A program made the position numbers and the translations under genes. From Nanobdellota archaeon (lineage in GTDB: Archaea; Nanobdellota; Nanobdellia; PEZQ01), in NCBI GenBank assembly GCA_018220985.1, contig JAAOXS010000005.1, positions 1-54,657 on the forward strand: a DNA stretch of 54,657 bases, read 5' to 3'. Below are positions 40,162 through 50,750 of the stretch, one piece after another (position 1 is the stretch's first letter; the number at the start of each line of letters is the position of its first letter). Below the pieces are notes generated by a model that saw only the letters and a list, made by a program, of their open reading frames with translations, did no database searches and was not told the origin of the DNA.

Positions 40162-43100
40162 TCACTCCACTCTTCTTATTTGTCTTCTTTCTTTTTTACT
40201 CTTTCCTTTTTTTGTTCCTAATTTTTCTTTTAAATCTTTAATTCTTGATTGTATTCCAACAAGGTTTCCTTCATATTTTCTCATTAAATTCATGTAAGTT
40301 TCTTCATCAATTTTTCTTTCAAAGTATTTTTTTTGAGTTGCGTTAAGCATTTCATTCAAGTGCGATTCTTTTGAATTCCAATGCTTTAATAATGATTTGT
40401 TAATGAGTTTTGAACCAATAACTTTGTAAAAAACGAATAAGGTTCCTCCAAATAAAATCATGATTATCAGTATTTGCAATGGTGACAGCGTAAAACCGGC
40501 TTTTTCAATGAATAATGTTGTGAGAACTGTTCCAGTATTCCCATCAGGATCTATTATTGTAATAAGCGCACCCCAAGTCCCCGAGTTGTTAAATAATATC
40601 GTGTACGCCCCTTCATAAGTTCCCTCTTCTGTTTCGTAAAGATATATTAAATCATTATTTGGGGATTTTATAGTGGCGTTCGCAAAATTAACATTTGAAC
40701 CGTCAGGATAGTTTGCAGCTATTACGAAAAGAATTGTTTCACCTTGAATAAAAGTTGTTTGAACTGGTTTTAATAATTTTGGCGTAATCGTTAAAGGCAG
40801 TACTCCAAGAGTTGTGAATTCACCGCCACCCTTAAGAGCTCCGAATAATTCTTTTCTCACTTCCACCATTAAATTAAAATCCCCTAAACTTGCGTCACTT
40901 GGAACTTCATAAATTCCTTCATATATTCCTGTTTGCTTTTCTAAAAGTTGTATTTTTACGCCTTCAGAAGTTATCGCTGTAACATTTGCACCACTAACTA
41001 TTTCATCCTCTTTTAAAACTTCAATGCTAATCATTATTTCCTGTCCCCTGGTAAAAATTGAACCACGAATAGGGCTGTTAAATTTAATGTCAAAGTAAGA
41101 GAATTTTGAGGGCAGGGATATTTCTCTTTCAATAGTTTGTGAAATATTGTTTCCAGCTAAGTCCTGAGCATTGACTTGAATATTCCATTTCCCAAACGGG
41201 TCTGCGAAAGTTGTTTCGTAAACAAAAACGAAACTTCCTTCAGCGTTTGTTTTGTTCGTATTTGAAACTTGCCAGTTTGAAGTTTCACTATTTAAAATAA
41301 AATTTACAACATAGTTAGCACGCGGGATTCCTTGCAGTGTTGTAAGCGTTCCAAAAATTATTATGTTATCTCCAATTTCGTAAGATATTTCATCAGTTAA
41401 TAATTCAATATTAAGTTTTTTTGAAATGTTAAAAACCAAGTTTTTTCTTCCAATACTTCCATTCTGTTCAGCTGAAATTAGTAATGAGTATTCTCCTAAA
41501 AATCCTGTAGGTGTTAAAATACTTCCATAATAGTATCCTGTTGAAGTATTCTCAGTTAAAGAGTATTCTGTTGATGAGAATCCTGGAAGAAATTTCACGT
41601 CAGCATCGCTGACGGGTTCATTATCTTTATTCACAAGTATTTTAAAAGTTAAATTATCATTAACTGAGCAAATAGTGTTATTATCCGGTTCGTAAACAAT
41701 TATTTGTAATCCTAAACAATCATCAGGGCAGGATGTTGAATTCTCACCTGGAGCTTCGCAAATATTATTAGGGCAACAGTTCGCCGTTATTGCACAAGAG
41801 CAAGAGTAATCAATGCATTGGAATGAAAGGCATGTGCCGCAATTACTTTCACACACTCCACAATCAGCAGGGCAAATGCATTGGTTTTCGCTTGACTCGC
41901 ATACATCATTCCCACAAACAGCTGTACAGTCAGCAGGGCAAATATAAGAATTCTCACCTGGAGCTTCACACACACCATTACCACAACTTGCTGTACAGTC
42001 ATTATCTAAATTAAAGTTGCAAAGAGAGCAGCATAGAGCATCATCATCAACGCAGTAATTTGTTTGTGTGAAAGTGCAATTAGCAGTATCATTTCCAGGA
42101 TTAGTGCAAGTGTCAGTTGTGCAATAATCACTATCATCACAATCATTGTTTGAAAAGCATTCTATTTTAGACTCTGGCGTGGTTTGATATACAATCAAAG
42201 GATTTGATAAGGATTGTCCGATTGCAGTTACGTCTGTTGCACCATTTATTATCATAAAATAATAACTTATAAAATTTGGAGTGTTAGTGGTTACGTTCCA
42301 ACCGTAACGATCGCTTCCATCGAAAATGCTCCAAGACCCACTAACATCATTTTGGTTTAGTACAATCCCATAACCATTATTGTTAGCGTCATCGTGAACT
42401 CCGCGGTAATCATAACCATTTGAACTGCCTGTTGTTGTTGAATCGTCAGTTTCGCTTGAAGCATCGCCTCCTGGCGTTCCTAATCCCAGTATTCTATAAT
42501 TTGCAGCGTTTGGGGAGGAGTATTGTATTTTAATAAAACCACTTAAGTAGTATATGCTAATGTTTTCGTAAACAGTGTATGTTGCGTCAGTTCCCGTTAC
42601 GCGCATTATTTTTCTTACAGCGCCATTCTTTACTAGTTCACTGCTCCAAGCAAGGCTTGCGTGAGTATTATCATCATTCACGTATAATCCTTCTATTCTC
42701 GAGTTTGATACAATATTATTTTTTGATTGGTCTTGGTTTTCTTCAGATTTTATTACGAAATCAATTATTCCTGTGTAAGCATCAGCATTTCCAAGTGCTA
42801 TTTTTAGTTTTGAGTTCTCTATAATGTTATTTCCAGGAGTTATTGAACCCCATGTTAAACTGTAAGAAGGTGATATTTTAGTGTTAGCTTCTGTGTCAAA
42901 ATAAATGTTGTATGTTCTGTTAGTATTAACATCTGTTGTTCCATTAATAACCCAAATTAATTCACCGTACCCATCACCAACAATTCCAACATCATCAAAT
43001 TGGGAGGGTATTTCAACTCTATTTTCTATTATCCTTATTGAATTTTCATCAAAATTTTGGGAGTCGTTTAGTTGGTCTAATAAATTTGTAAAATTTATTA

Positions 43101-43254
43101 ATAGTTCTACTGGCATGTTCTCTCTTACATAATTTCCTGAACTGATGTTAATAGGTAAACGGTATTGCCAAGTGTCATTCCACCAGTCATTTGCTGCTAA
43201 AACACTAGCTGGTAATACAAATAAAATAAGTAGTAAGCTATTTTTTTTTCCCAC
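40162..43254 (-). CDS. Large surface protein with Cys-rich repeats, Ig-like domains, TM and SHOCT-like tail
   Basis: Signal peptide, WWNDTWQYR.PI N-terminus, CGNGVCE..EN...CP.DC repeats, C-terminal TM followed by KKYFERKIDEETY. Confidence 0.8.
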   Translation of the reverse strand: MGKKNSLLLILFVLPASVLAANDWWNDTWQYRLPINISSGNYVRENMPVELLINFTNLLDQLNDSQNFDENSIRIIENRVEIPSQFDDVGIVGDGYGELIWVINGTTDVNTNRTYNIYFDTEANTKISPSYSLTWGSITPGNNIIENSKLKIALGNADAYTGIIDFVIKSEENQDQSKNNIVSNSRIEGLYVNDDNTHASLAWSSELVKNGAVRKIMRVTGTDATYTVYENISIYYLSGFIKIQYSSPNAANYRILGLGTPGGDASSETDDSTTTGSSNGYDYRGVHDDANNNGYGIVLNQNDVSGSWSIFDGSDRYGWNVTTNTPNFISYYFMIINGATDVTAIGQSLSNPLIVYQTTPESKIECFSNNDCDDSDYCTTDTCTNPGNDTANCTFTQTNYCVDDDALCCSLCNFNLDNDCTASCGNGVCEAPGENSYICPADCTAVCGNDVCESSENQCICPADCGVCESNCGTCLSFQCIDYSCSCAITANCCPNNICEAPGENSTSCPDDCLGLQIIVYEPDNNTICSVNDNLTFKILVNKDNEPVSDADVKFLPGFSSTEYSLTENTSTGYYYGSILTPTGFLGEYSLLISAEQNGSIGRKNLVFNISKKLNIELLTDEISYEIGDNIIIFGTLTTLQGIPRANYVVNFILNSETSNWQVSNTNKTNAEGSFVFVYETTFADPFGKWNIQVNAQDLAGNNISQTIEREISLPSKFSYFDIKFNSPIRGSIFTRGQEIMISIEVLKEDEIVSGANVTAITSEGVKIQLLEKQTGIYEGIYEVPSDASLGDFNLMVEVRKELFGALKGGGEFTTLGVLPLTITPKLLKPVQTTFIQGETILFVIAANYPDGSNVNFANATIKSPNNDLIYLYETEEGTYEGAYTILFNNSGTWGALITIIDPDGNTGTVLTTLFIEKAGFTLSPLQILIIMILFGGTLFVFYKVIGSKLINKSLLKHWNSKESHLNEMLNATQKKYFERKIDEETYMNLMRKYEGNLVGIQSRIKDLKEKLGTKKGKSKKERRQIRRVE

Positions 43255-44488
43255 CTTTTTTCCCCCCCTTATTCTTTTTTATTCCTAACTTTTTTTTGAG
43301 TTCTTTGACACTGGTTTGAACGCTTACGAGTTTCGCTTCGTGTTTTCTCATTAATTCCATGTATGTTTCTTCATCGATTACTCTGTCAAAGTATTTTTTT
43401 TGAGTTATGTCTTGCATTCTTTTCAAGTCTTTTTGTTTTGCAGTGTAATGTTTAAGAAGTGTTATTCGCAAAAATTTTGTTCCACCAAAAAAGAAGAAGA
43501 ATACTGAAATGATTATGAAAACAATGGTTGCTAGTATTACTAATGGATGTGTGATAATTGATTGTGTTAGTATTAAAATGTTTTTTTGGATTTCGCCTTT
43601 GTTTCCGTATTCGTCAACAACTGTGAAATGAGCATTCCAAGTGCCTAAAAAATTGTTTGGAATTTTGTAAGAAATGTTGAAATAATCATTAACAGTGTTC
43701 ATTGCTAATTTCCCTTCTGGTGTGTTAATTGTCACGTTCACGTTTAATGCAAGTGTTTTGTCAGGGTAGTGTGATTTTATTTTAAATAAAATTGTTGCGC
43801 CGGGTTTGAAAACGTTTTTTTCAGGTTCAATAATTGTTACATTAATTTTTGCGGGGTTAACATTCAATTTTAGGAATGCTCCTCCTTTTCTAATGCCTTG
43901 AGCTAAGTTTTTTTCAGCGGTGATTCTGATGAGTTTATAATTGTCCTGCGAGTCATATTTTAAATCATAGTTTACAGTGTAAACGCCATTATTTACTTCT
44001 ATAAGGTTTAATTCTTCTTCGTCAATTAACGCGGTTACTTTTGCTCCTGCAATTTTTTCAACACTTCTGAAAACTTCAACGCTAATAGTTATTGTTTCAC
44101 CGCGAGTGTATGTTAGCGTTTGAACTGGTGAATTAAAGTTAACTCCGAAGTATGCGTTCTCACTTGTTAATATTGCAGTTATGTTTTTTTGAGTGGTTAT
44201 GTTTTGTGTTTTAAAATTAATAATCCAATTTCCTGACTGGTCGCTTACTGTGGATTTAAAAATGTATGAATTGTTTTTTTCAAAAAATAGTTGTTTTACG
44301 TAATGCCAATCATCATCAGTTGTTATGATTTCAATTTCCGCGCTTCCTAAAAAATTTGTTTCAGGTGTTATTGTAAAATAATCTCCTAAAATGAATTGTG
44401 TTCCCCCTGTTGAATTCGTAATTGTGAATTCTACAGCGTTAACCGCGCTTATCATGAAGAGCATTGCTAAAAAAACTGTTTTTCGCAT
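43238..44488 (-). CDS. Surface protein paralogous to the C-terminal half of the neighbouring gene
   Basis: Shared F.SP...TRG..I.ISVEV domain and TM + KKYFDRVIDEETY tail. Confidence 0.8.
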   Translation of the reverse strand: MRKTVFLAMLFMISAVNAVEFTITNSTGGTQFILGDYFTITPETNFLGSAEIEIITTDDDWHYVKQLFFEKNNSYIFKSTVSDQSGNWIINFKTQNITTQKNITAILTSENAYFGVNFNSPVQTLTYTRGETITISVEVFRSVEKIAGAKVTALIDEEELNLIEVNNGVYTVNYDLKYDSQDNYKLIRITAEKNLAQGIRKGGAFLKLNVNPAKINVTIIEPEKNVFKPGATILFKIKSHYPDKTLALNVNVTINTPEGKLAMNTVNDYFNISYKIPNNFLGTWNAHFTVVDEYGNKGEIQKNILILTQSIITHPLVILATIVFIIISVFFFFFGGTKFLRITLLKHYTAKQKDLKRMQDITQKKYFDRVIDEETYMELMRKHEAKLVSVQTSVKELKKKLGIKKNKGGKKGGKKK

Positions 44489-44573
44489 ATTACATTATTG
44501 GAATTCCTTGATTTTTAGAGTTTTCTAAAAAAAGAAAAAAGGTTTAACAATAATAAAAAACAATTATTCATGT

Positions 44574-46208
44574 ATGGTGCGGGGGCAAGTATCTATTGAG
44601 TATTTTTTTCTTGTGAGCATTATCATGTTAGTCGGTATTGGCGTGGTTTTATCTTATATGAGAATAACTGAAAGCACTATTTCTTCATTTCAAAGTGAGG
44701 CTTCAGTGCAAAAATTGAATGAGGAGATTACACGAGTATTTTACATGAGATATCCTGCTACGCGAACTGTGCGTTTAGAAATTCCTAATAACGTGATTAG
44801 TAATAGAACTTTTATTGCTAATAATACTATTCAAATTAGTTATTATGATAATGGAATTGTTGACGTTTTTGAAAGTCTTGATTTTAATGTTTCAGGATAC
44901 ATCCCTAACAAACCTGGAGTTTATTGGCTTAAATTGTTCTCAGATATTAATAACACGCTTCAAGTTATGGTCATAGATTTTGATGTTTATCCTGATAATA
45001 TTGCGCTTTACTTACCTAAGTTCGGTGAAAAAGAGTATAATATTACTTTAACCAATACGGGTAATCAAACAATTAGTGTTAGTGCGTTAACTGAGAATCT
45101 TGATTACTTAGTTGATCTTGACGCGTCCACAAGGTATATTGATACTTCACTTAATTTAGGAAGCATTGTTAAAGGTGGTCATAAAACTTTTGAAATTCGT
45201 GTTAGTGCAAATAAAGGCGTTGGAAATTATTATGGAACTATTTTTCTCAAAAGCGATAATGTTGAAATCAATATTCCTATTGCAGTTGGTATTCGTAATC
45301 GAATTTTTCCAGTGAATACAACAATTATTCCTCTGGACAGTAATCAAGTTGATGTTTTGAAAGCTTATGGTTTTGCTTATGATTTATTAAGTCAAGAAAT
45401 TCCTGTTGGTTGGGTTATGAACAATATTACGATTAACACAACTGAGTTAGGAAGTTATGATTATGAGGGTAGTGTTTTCGTAATTGATAGTTTGGATGTT
45501 GATTGGATCATTTCAGAAGCTGCTTCTTGGGGTGTTACAATTCATCATTTAAACCAATCTCTTAATGGTGATTTCGTAACTTGGCTTGCTTTCGCTCCGA
45601 GAGTTGCTGTTCATTCAAGTGGGAAGTATTGGGTTGTCACTAGTACGCTTAACATGTCTGGAATACCCTATGATTGGGTTGATGGTAATACCATTCTAAA
45701 CAGTGGTTTAGCAGGTTATGATGTTTTACTAGTAGGGCATTATGATTTTGAGTTTAATTCTCCGAATCCTGAAGGTGAAACTAGTAAAATAGAAGAGTTC
45801 GTTGTTAATGGAGGTTATTTGCATGCGGAGTGCGTTTCAATAACGAGCTATGAGAAATATCAGAATTCTACTGGTGTTACTTCTTCAAGAAGCATTTTTG
45901 GAGGGGATTATTTGGAAATGTTCGAGTCTGAGAATCCTTTAACTCAAACATGGGGTGTACCTAAGGATATTGGCGGTACTGTTTCTGGTTTGAACGTGTC
46001 TAATGCTAATGTTACTGTGTTAAGTGATGATAATTATGGTTTCCATAAGTTCGTGTATTCCTCACATGGTGAGGGCTATATTTCTTATTTTGCAGGTCAC
46101 TTAGGTGATAGTGTTGACATAAATGTTTCACGTATGCGATTGCTTAATAACGTGGTTTTGTTCACTTCCGCTGAAAAAGGTAAAACCGGCCCGTTACCAC
46201 AAATTTAA
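44574..46208 (+). CDS. Class III signal peptide (pilin-like) adhesin/minor pilin
   Basis: MVRG/QVSIEY followed by a hydrophobic helix and a large beta-rich extracellular part. Confidence 0.8.
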   Translation: MVRGQVSIEYFFLVSIIMLVGIGVVLSYMRITESTISSFQSEASVQKLNEEITRVFYMRYPATRTVRLEIPNNVISNRTFIANNTIQISYYDNGIVDVFESLDFNVSGYIPNKPGVYWLKLFSDINNTLQVMVIDFDVYPDNIALYLPKFGEKEYNITLTNTGNQTISVSALTENLDYLVDLDASTRYIDTSLNLGSIVKGGHKTFEIRVSANKGVGNYYGTIFLKSDNVEINIPIAVGIRNRIFPVNTTIIPLDSNQVDVLKAYGFAYDLLSQEIPVGWVMNNITINTTELGSYDYEGSVFVIDSLDVDWIISEAASWGVTIHHLNQSLNGDFVTWLAFAPRVAVHSSGKYWVVTSTLNMSGIPYDWVDGNTILNSGLAGYDVLLVGHYDFEFNSPNPEGETSKIEEFVVNGGYLHAECVSITSYEKYQNSTGVTSSRSIFGGDYLEMFESENPLTQTWGVPKDIGGTVSGLNVSNANVTVLSDDNYGFHKFVYSSHGEGYISYFAGHLGDSVDINVSRMRLLNNVVLFTSAEKGKTGPLPQI

Positions 46209-46235
46209 AATTGTTCAATAACCTTTTTTGTAGTT

Positions 46236-46370
46236 ATGAGTTATTCACGTGAAGATTTTGATGATGTTCTTAATCTTGTAAGGCCTATTCCTCTTACTGA
46301 TGAGGAGTTAATTTTAAGGGAGTTTTCTGATATTAAGGAAGTGCTTATTTCTTTGAAAGATGAGGTTTAG
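46236..46370 (+). CDS. Putative 44-aa acidic protein
   Basis: MSYSREDFDDVLNLVRPIPLTDEELILREFSDIKEVLISLKDEV; TTTAAAA about 32 nt upstream. Confidence 0.4.
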   Translation: MSYSREDFDDVLNLVRPIPLTDEELILREFSDIKEVLISLKDEV

Positions 46371-46406
46371 TAAGGTTTAAATAGGGTTTTTTTGTTATTT
46401 TTTATT

Positions 46407-46747
46407 GGTTGTGGGTGGGAGCGCAGTTATCGCTTCTTTTAATTTGAAGTGAGGAAGGTCCACACTCCAGTTCGTGACAACCTAAGTGATTAGGAACTTT
46501 GAGAAAGGTTGGTTTAACAGAGCAGAAACGATTAACCATTTGAACCTGATATTGATGATGGTTTGTTATTGTGGGTGAAACGGCTGTTACCTTGTTTGGT
46601 GCAAGTCCGCTCAAGAATTCAGTTTATGATTAGTGAATTCGGAGAGCTTTAATGAGACGCTTAGACGAATACTGCGAACACTGTCGAAGACCCCGTTTTC
46701 GCGGGTGAGGGTGGTAACAAAAAGTGGACTACTCCCCAACCACAACT
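46407..46747 (+). ncRNA. rnpB: RNase P RNA
   Basis: P1 GGTTGTGG/CCACAACT; CR-I GAGGAAGGTCCAC pairs with CR-V AACAAAAAGTGGACTA (P4); GCAGAAAC and GTGAAACG CR-II/III motifs. Confidence 0.88.
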
Positions 46748-46778
46748 TTTTAAAATTAATAAGTATTATTTTTTGATT

Positions 46779-46946
46779 ATGGCTAGTAATAAAGTGTCTT
46801 TACCAATGAGTCAGGGTGGTTTAAGAACTTTTCATGAGAAAAGTTTTAGCAAGTTTAGTTTTGACCCGGATAAGTTTGTTTTCGTTGCTGTTGTGTTCAT
46901 ATTAATGTTAATCTTTATTTTGAAGATTAATCCTTTAAGTTTTTGA
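46779..46946 (+). CDS. secG: Sec61beta/SecG translocase subunit
   Basis: MASNKVSLPMSQGGLRTFHEKSFSKFSFDPDKFVFVAVVF...: LP.S.GGL motif plus a single TM. Confidence 0.8.
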   Translation: MASNKVSLPMSQGGLRTFHEKSFSKFSFDPDKFVFVAVVFILMLIFILKINPLSF

Positions 46947-47774
46947 CCAGTATTCTTCTAGTATTGGTCTAAAACGGTTTTGTATGTCAGCGTGTTTGAA
47001 TAAGTCGTTTAATGTTTTTATCTCAATTTTTTGAGGTTCCCAATTAACATATTCTTTAACTATTTCACCGAAACTTTTTTGGTTAACAATTTCTAATTCA
47101 AGCGGTTCTTGTCTGCCAATAATTAGTAAACTGCCTTTTCCAGAAGAGTTTGGTTTGGATTTTAGGGCGGGGTAAATTTTTGATTTTAAGTTATCAAAAA
47201 CTTGTATTAAATCATTTCTACCATTAATTCTAAATCTATAATTTGCTTTCAATTTGTCAGATATTTCATTTCCATTTGCGTGTGCTTTTCTAAGAAATTC
47301 TATAACACCTGTTTGATCTTTTTTTTCATAACGGTCTTTTTTATCTCTATTTCTTTCACTTGATAATACTTGGTCTGGTAAGTCTATAAGAGCTGCAATA
47401 TCAGGGTCTGGGAAGAAAACATCTATTCCTAAAATATCATTGAATGGCAGTCCTAAAAATACTTGACCGTACGCAGCGTTTGACCATTTGCTTCTTTTAC
47501 AAATAACGATTTTCCCGTTTTGTTTTGCTTGTTTTATGTATTTTGCTTGATATGCCCTGTCCAGTGCGTAAAAGATTGTTGCTACTTCTCTAGGAATTTC
47601 TTTTTCTCCTCTTAAGTGTTGGTCAACTAATAGTCCTCCTATTGTGGAATAATCTGGAAAAGTATAGTACTCAACGTCATATCCTTTTAGGAAAGCATCG
47701 TAAGCAAGTATTGATAATTGAGTTCCTTTACCTGCTTTATCAGGGCCATGGCCAAAAATTATGTCACCACTCAT
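46935..47774 (-). CDS. tmk: Thymidylate kinase-like protein
   Basis: GPDKAGKGTQ, FPDYST..G, FYALDR, PDPD, DRYE motifs. Confidence 0.8.
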   Translation of the reverse strand: MSGDIIFGHGPDKAGKGTQLSILAYDAFLKGYDVEYYTFPDYSTIGGLLVDQHLRGEKEIPREVATIFYALDRAYQAKYIKQAKQNGKIVICKRSKWSNAAYGQVFLGLPFNDILGIDVFFPDPDIAALIDLPDQVLSSERNRDKKDRYEKKDQTGVIEFLRKAHANGNEISDKLKANYRFRINGRNDLIQVFDNLKSKIYPALKSKPNSSGKGSLLIIGRQEPLELEIVNQKSFGEIVKEYVNWEPQKIEIKTLNDLFKHADIQNRFRPILEEYWSKT

Positions 47775-47871
47775 TAGAATTGTGTTATAATTAGTTTATT
47801 AAAATACTTTTCTTAACGCTACTACTCATAATAAGAATTAGTTTGAGTGTTAAAAATAAAGAAAGTTTATT

Positions 47872-49836
47872 TTAAAGTTTAAGCTTTTTTAGTTCGCTTT
47901 TCAGGACTGCTACGCTTTCAGGGTTTCTTAGTGTTGAAATGTCTCCTGCAGGTTCGTTGTTTAGGAGTCTTTTTAGTATTCGTCTCATTATTTTTCCACT
48001 GCGCGTTTTAGGCAAGTCTTTCACGTAAAAAACTTTTTCGGGTTTGGCTGTTGGCCCAATTATTTTACGTGTTAAACTGATGATTTCTCGTGTTAGTTCA
48101 TCTGAGGGTTTAGCTTTTGGTTCGAGAATCACAAATGCTAATGGTACTTCACCTTTAATTTTGTGAGGTATTGGTACAACTCCTGATTCTGAAACGTCTT
48201 TATGCAAGTTTATAGCGTTCTCCAATTCCGCTGTTGCTAATCTGTGTCCTGCAACTTTCATCACGTCATCTGTTCTTCCAGTCATTCGAATGTATTTGCC
48301 TTTAATGATTTTAGCGCCGTCGCTTGTATCGTAGTATTCGCCGTTATGTTTACTCCAGTACGTTTTCTTGTAGCGTTTAGAGTTTTTCCACACGCCGTGC
48401 AGTAATCCTGGCGCGAATGGTTTGTCTTGAAATAAGTATCCTTCTTTTCCTTTAACTTCTTTACCTTCAGCGTCTAATACTTTGTGCCGTATTCCCGGAA
48501 AGCTTCTTCCAGCCACCATTGGAATGAATGGTCCAACTCCAGGTAAAACGTTTATTAGTGTTCCTCCAGTTTCTGTTTGCCACCACGTATCTATTATTGG
48601 GCATCTGCTTCCTCCAACAATTTTGAAATACCATAGCCATGCATCCAAGTCTATTGGTTCGCCTACAGTTCCAAGAATTCTTAATGATGTTAAATCATAT
48701 TTTTTCGGCCATTCTTCTCCGAATCTTGCGAACATTCGTATTACTGTTGGAGCTGTGTAAAAAACGTTCACGCCGTATTTTTCTATGATTGACCAGAATC
48801 TTCCAGGGTCTGGGAAGTCAGGGGCGCCTTCGAAAGTAACTATTGTCGCGCCAACAGAGAGTGGTCCGTAACAACTGTATGTATGGCCTGTAATCCACCC
48901 TACGTCCGCTGTGCACCAGAAAACGTCGTCGTCATGTAAGTCAAAGTCAAGTTTTGTCGTCCAGTATGCTTGAGTTAAGTATCCTCCTGTGTCGTGGATT
49001 ACTCCTTTTGGAGTTCCTGTTGTTCCGCTCGTGTATAATATGAATAATGGGTCTTCGCTGTTCATTACTGTAACGGGGCATTCTGAATTAACTGTTTTCA
49101 TCAAGTCATTCCAGTAGTAATCTCTTCCTTTGGTCATTTTTATTTTAGCGCCAGTTCTGTTAACCACAATTACTTTTTTGACTTTCGTGCCTTTCGCTCC
49201 AAAGTCTGCTTGTGATTTAAGGTTTAATGGTTTTCCCCGCCGGTAGTACCCGTCAGCAGTGATTAAAATTTTTGCTTCACCATCTATAAGTCGTTTTTTT
49301 AGGCTTTCACCTGAAAAAGCTGAGAATACAACGCTGTGTATTGCCCCTATTCGAGCGCAAGCGAGCATTGCTATTTGCGCTTCTGGAATCATAGGTAAAT
49401 AAATTCCAACTCTATCCCCTTTTTTTACTCCAAGTTTTTTTAGGACATTAGCGAATTTGCTTACTTCTTTGTGTAATTGGTAGTAAGTAATGTATTGTGT
49501 AGGTTCGTTTATTGGTTCGGGTTCCCATATTATTGCAACTTTGTTTTTACGGTGCGTTTCTAAATGTCTGTCAACAGCGTTGTGGCAAGCGTTTAATTTC
49601 CCGCCTAAAAACCATTTAGAATATGGTTTTTTCCATTCGTAAGTTTTATTCCAATGTTTAAACCAGGTTATTCCTTCTTTAGCAAGTCTTCCCCAAAATT
49701 GTGTTGGGTTTTTATCAGCTTCAGCGTACACTTTTTCACTACTAATCCACGCGCGTGCCTTCATCTCTTTTGAAGGCCAGTAAACGTGTTTTTGTTTTTT
49801 GTCGGATACAACCCATTTAGTTGCTTTCATAATCAA
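47872..49836 (-). CDS. acs: AMP-forming acetyl-CoA synthetase
   Basis: [41 protein letters not shown]. Confidence 0.96.
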   Translation of the reverse strand: MIMKATKWVVSDKKQKHVYWPSKEMKARAWISSEKVYAEADKNPTQFWGRLAKEGITWFKHWNKTYEWKKPYSKWFLGGKLNACHNAVDRHLETHRKNKVAIIWEPEPINEPTQYITYYQLHKEVSKFANVLKKLGVKKGDRVGIYLPMIPEAQIAMLACARIGAIHSVVFSAFSGESLKKRLIDGEAKILITADGYYRRGKPLNLKSQADFGAKGTKVKKVIVVNRTGAKIKMTKGRDYYWNDLMKTVNSECPVTVMNSEDPLFILYTSGTTGTPKGVIHDTGGYLTQAYWTTKLDFDLHDDDVFWCTADVGWITGHTYSCYGPLSVGATIVTFEGAPDFPDPGRFWSIIEKYGVNVFYTAPTVIRMFARFGEEWPKKYDLTSLRILGTVGEPIDLDAWLWYFKIVGGSRCPIIDTWWQTETGGTLINVLPGVGPFIPMVAGRSFPGIRHKVLDAEGKEVKGKEGYLFQDKPFAPGLLHGVWKNSKRYKKTYWSKHNGEYYDTSDGAKIIKGKYIRMTGRTDDVMKVAGHRLATAELENAINLHKDVSESGVVPIPHKIKGEVPLAFVILEPKAKPSDELTREIISLTRKIIGPTAKPEKVFYVKDLPKTRSGKIMRRILKRLLNNEPAGDISTLRNPESVAVLKSELKKLKL

Positions 49837-49935
49837 ATTCCCTCAAAAGGTATTACTATTTCGTTTCTTAAATAAGTAACGTCTACAGTGCATATTTTCA
49901 CGAAAACAGTTAATAACTAGTATTGTTTTTAGTTA

Positions 49936-50478
49936 GTGTTCATGATAGAGATCGCTATTCATGGTAGGGGAGGTCAAGGTGCTGTTACTGCTTCGCAAAT
50001 TCTTGCCATGGCTTTTGAAGAGCAAGGAATTCGAGCTCAGGCTTTTCCACAGTTTGGCACTGAAAGAACAGGCAGTCCTGTTAAAAGTTTTGTGCGCGCT
50101 TCGCGTAGGGAAATAAAAATTAAAGCACCGGTAACTCTTGCTGATTACTCTATTGTAATTGATCCCACTTTAATTAATACTGTTAACATTGTTGATGCGA
50201 CCAAGCCTCGTGGAACAATTGTTGTTAATACAAAAAATGCTTTAAGTAATATTTCAAAAAAGCATAGGGTTATTTGCATTGACGTTAATGAAATTGCTAA
50301 AAGCATTTTTGCGCGTGGCGCTAATGTTGGTTTGTTAGGCGCTTTTGTCGCTTCCACTCGCGTGTTGCAGATTAAGAGTTTAACTGCTGCGATTAGCACG
50401 CGTTTTCCAAGGTTTGTTAAAGAAAACCAGCAAGTTGCTGAGAGGGTTTACGAAATTGTTCGTAAAGAATTAGTATGA
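49936..50478 (+). CDS. porC: Pyruvate/2-oxoacid:ferredoxin oxidoreductase gamma subunit
   Basis: HGRGGQGAVTA, FPQFGTERTGSP. Confidence 0.93.
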   Translation: MFMIEIAIHGRGGQGAVTASQILAMAFEEQGIRAQAFPQFGTERTGSPVKSFVRASRREIKIKAPVTLADYSIVIDPTLINTVNIVDATKPRGTIVVNTKNALSNISKKHRVICIDVNEIAKSIFARGANVGLLGAFVASTRVLQIKSLTAAISTRFPRFVKENQQVAERVYEIVRKELV

Positions 50479-50750
50479 AAAAGGGTTTGAAATTTAATAT
50501 TGGCGGAATAATTGATGAACCCGGCAATTCGGTTGAAACTAAGAAAGATGGTTGGCGTGTTCACAAGCCTGAAGTCGATTATGATAAGTGTACTAAGTGC
50601 GGGGTTTGCGCTATGTTCTGCCCTGATGGCGCTATTTTCAAGGATAAGAATGGAAATTATAAGTGGGATTTGGATTATTGTAAGGGTTGCGGAATTTGCG
50701 CGCAAGTGTGCCCTGTGAAAGCGATTATTATGAAGGAGGAGGAAAAATAA
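50475..50750 (+). CDS. porD: Pyruvate/2-oxoacid:ferredoxin oxidoreductase delta subunit
   Basis: Two 4Fe-4S motifs, CTKCGVC..FCP and CKGCGICAQVCP. Confidence 0.93.
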   Translation: MKKGLKFNIGGIIDEPGNSVETKKDGWRVHKPEVDYDKCTKCGVCAMFCPDGAIFKDKNGNYKWDLDYCKGCGICAQVCPVKAIIMKEEEK

